64,000 nucleotides of DNA from Macrostomum hystrix. Lineage: Eukaryota > Animalia > Platyhelminthes. The DNA is taken from the NCBI GenBank assembly GCA_950097015.1, contig CATNEN010000026.1:1364001-1428000 (forward strand), read 5' to 3'. Position numbers and translations under genes: made by a program. Positions 61,743 through 64,000 of the stretch are shown here, one piece after another (the stretch's first letter is position 1; every line of letters starts with the position of its first letter). Below the pieces are notes generated by a model that did not search any database, was not told the DNA's origin, and worked only from the letters and a program-made list of their open reading frames with translations.

Positions 61743-62219
61743 GCTCTCTCCGCCGATCTGCGCTTCCGGCCCGGCCGCTCCGGTCCGTCACTGACACTGC
61801 CTCTTAGCAGCGTCTCAGCCCGTTTGGCCCCGGCCGCCACCAACCCGCTGGTGCGCCAGGACTCCGTCCTTCTGCCCGTCATCGTCGGCTGCGTCTGTGT
61901 CTGTGTCATCGCTCTATTCCTTGGCGTCCTACTGCGGACTCTGAAGACGCCGCGCCAGACCAGCCGGCTGTGGCACCCGCCCGGCTTCGACCGACTCGCC
62001 AGCAGCGCCAGCAGCAGCGGAGGTGGTACCGCCGGCCCGACAGCAGCCGATTGGTCTCGTCGACACGATGACAAGGCGCAAGCCTGCTCTAGTACAGACG
62101 TCGCATCGTCGCATTACCAGCAGCAGCGGCAGCGGCATCAGGAGTTGCTGCTACTAGAGGAAGGCGGTGGCTCGTTTGGCCAACCAGCCGCTAAGCGGTC
62201 TAAGCGATGCCTCGATCAG
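61743..62219 (+). CDS. NOTCH: Notch-like receptor, exon 8 (HD end, TM, RAM-like motif, NLS); ankyrin repeats expected beyond window
   Basis: TM VLLPVIVGCVCVCVIALFLGVLL; RTLKTPRQTSRLWHPPGF (cf. Notch LWFPEGF); PAAKRSKR; phase 0/0; donor GTGGGT. Confidence 0.88.
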
Positions 62220-62324
62220 GTGGGTGTTCAATGCACCTTTTTATTCTGCCTTAATTTATTTGCATCGGTATGCCCTTTTTATAGTTTACATTGCCTTCAA
62301 GGATTTACCTCAATTTCTTGAGTT

Positions 62325-63480
62325 AGCAGTTTCCTCAGGCCTCTCTCTTATCTTCAGGACCCTCAGGCCTCTCTTTATTATCTTGAGGAGTTTCCTCAGG
62401 CCTCTCTATTATCTGCAGGAGTTTCTTCAGGACTCTATTATCTTCAGGAGTTTCCTCAGGCCTCTCTCTTATCTTCAGGACCCTCAGGCCTCTCTTTATT
62501 ATCTTGAGGAGTTTCCTCAGGCCTCTCTATTATCTGCAGGAGTTTCTTCAGGACTCTATTATCTTCAGGAGTTTCCTCAGGCCTCTCTATTATCTTCAGG
62601 AGTTTCCTCAGGCCTCTCTCTTATCTTCAGGACCCTCAGGCCTCTCTTTATTATCTTGAGGAGTTTCCTCAGGCCTCTCTATTATCTGCAGGAGTTTCTT
62701 CAGGACTCTATTATCTTCAGGAGTTTCCTCAGGCCTCTCTATTATCTTCAGGAGTTTCCTCAGGCCTCTCTATTATCCTCAGGAGTTTCCTCAGGCCTCT
62801 CTATTATCTTCAGGAGTTTCCTCAGGCCTCTCTATTATCTTCAGGAGTTTCCTCAGGCCTCTCTTTATTATCTTCAGGAGTTTCCTCAGGCCTCTCTTTA
62901 TTATCTTCAGGAGTTTCCTCAGGCCTCTCTTTATTATCTTCAGGAGTTTCCTCAGGCCTCTCTTTATTATCCTCAGGAGTTTCCTCAGGCCTCTCTTTAT
63001 TATCCTCAGGAGTTTCCTCAGGCCTCTATTTATTATCTTCAGGAGTTTCCTCAGGCCTCTCTATTATCTTCAGGAGTTTCCTCAGGCCTCTCTATTATCT
63101 GCAGGAGTTTCTTCAGGACTCTATTATCTTCAGGAGTTTCCTCAGGCCTCTCTATTATCCTCAGGAGTTTCCTCAGGCCTCTATTTATTATCTTCAGGAG
63201 TTTCCTCAGGCCTCTCTATTATCTTCAGGAGTTTCCTCAGGCCTCTCTATTATCCTCAGGAGTTTCCTCAGGCCTCTCTTTATTATCTTCAGGAGTTTCC
63301 TCAGGCCTCTCTTTATTATCTTCAGGAGTTTTCTCAGGCCTCTCTATTATCTTCAGGAGTTTCCTCAGGCCTCTCTATTATCTTCAGGAGTTTCCTCAGG
63401 CCTCTCTATTATCTTCAGGAGTTTCCTCAGGCCTCTCTATTATCTTCAGGAGTTTTCTCAGGCCTCTCTATTATCTCCAT
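62325..63480 (+). repeat. 31-33-bp array TCTTCAGGAGTTTCCTCAGGCCTCTCTATTA
   Basis: Direct reading. Confidence 0.95.
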
Positions 63481-63889
63481 CAGTTTCCTAATGCAATATA
63501 ATTATATTAGGCATTATAAATTGCACCACTGTAATTGCAACACACGAATACGGCACAGAAGGCGGTGCATTTGGAGCAGCTACCGCGACTATTGTCGAGA
63601 TTGCCAGGTAGTTGCATCATCCACAGTTCAGCATTTTCACTATCGCATAATTGCATTCTGACCCAAGAAACCAATAGTGTGTACAACCATGCCTAACTAT
63701 GTGCAGTATAACATGTGTTATGTTTTGTACATTGAAATTTAAATCCAATAGACAGAGTCATCAACTCTCCTGTTTGTTATAATACAAATTTGTTTTATTT
63801 ATAACCTTGCAATAAATCTATAAAATAGTGTACTCGTAACATTTCGGTAATAAAAGAGTGAGAGAAATAGGGGATATTGTAAGGGAAAA

Positions 63890-64000
63890 ATAACTATTGT
63901 GGGTGGGATATTTAGATAGGGGAATATTTAGGTTTGGGATATTTAGATAGGATAAGAGTTAGGGTAGGGATATTTAGATAGGGAAAAAATTGGGGTTGGG
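63890..64000 (+). repeat. Start of a degenerate GGGATATTTAGATAGGG array, running off the window
   Basis: Direct reading. Confidence 0.6.

Noticed and set aside
63890-64000. Telomere-like sequence (one TTAGGG; also GGTTTAG in the 23-bp satellite)
   Set aside because: Not a tandem hexamer array, and the Notch gene must continue past this point

Overview
Eukaryotic (animal) genomic DNA with GC-rich exons set in introns full of minisatellites. This architecture suggests a free-living flatworm such as Macrostomum, which is an inference I cannot prove from the window. Nearly all long ORFs in the supplied track are translations of tandem repeats. Splice-phase-consistent gene models: (1) the 5' part of a HERC2-like E3 ligase on the minus strand (6 exons, 24614 to 6471, continuing off the left edge); (2) EFCAB2/DRC8 on the plus strand (26440-27234); (3) a secreted PAN/apple + F-type lectin on the minus strand (28398-29788); (4) a Notch-family receptor on the plus strand (8 exons, 39238-62219, continuing off the right edge) with 18 EGF repeats, 3 LNRs, a compact HD, a TM helix and a RAM-like motif. 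The most unusual structure is at 1-6229, inside a HERC2 intron. Two oppositely oriented arrays of the same 24-bp monomer bracket a 3.2-kb core encoding a coiled-coil + BEN-domain protein and an isolated CtIP/Sae2 C-terminal module, and the right arm ends in a CCC terminus typical of CMC/CACTA elements. This reads as a foldback/CACTA-like element carrying a candidate repeat-binding protein and a hairpin-processing DNA-repair module. Also present: a 9.8-kb 23-bp satellite with higher-order structure, about 20 other minisatellite arrays, a tRNA-headed CORE-like SINE (3 copies) and another dispersed repeat (3 copies). No rRNA, genuine tRNA or CRISPR array was found.
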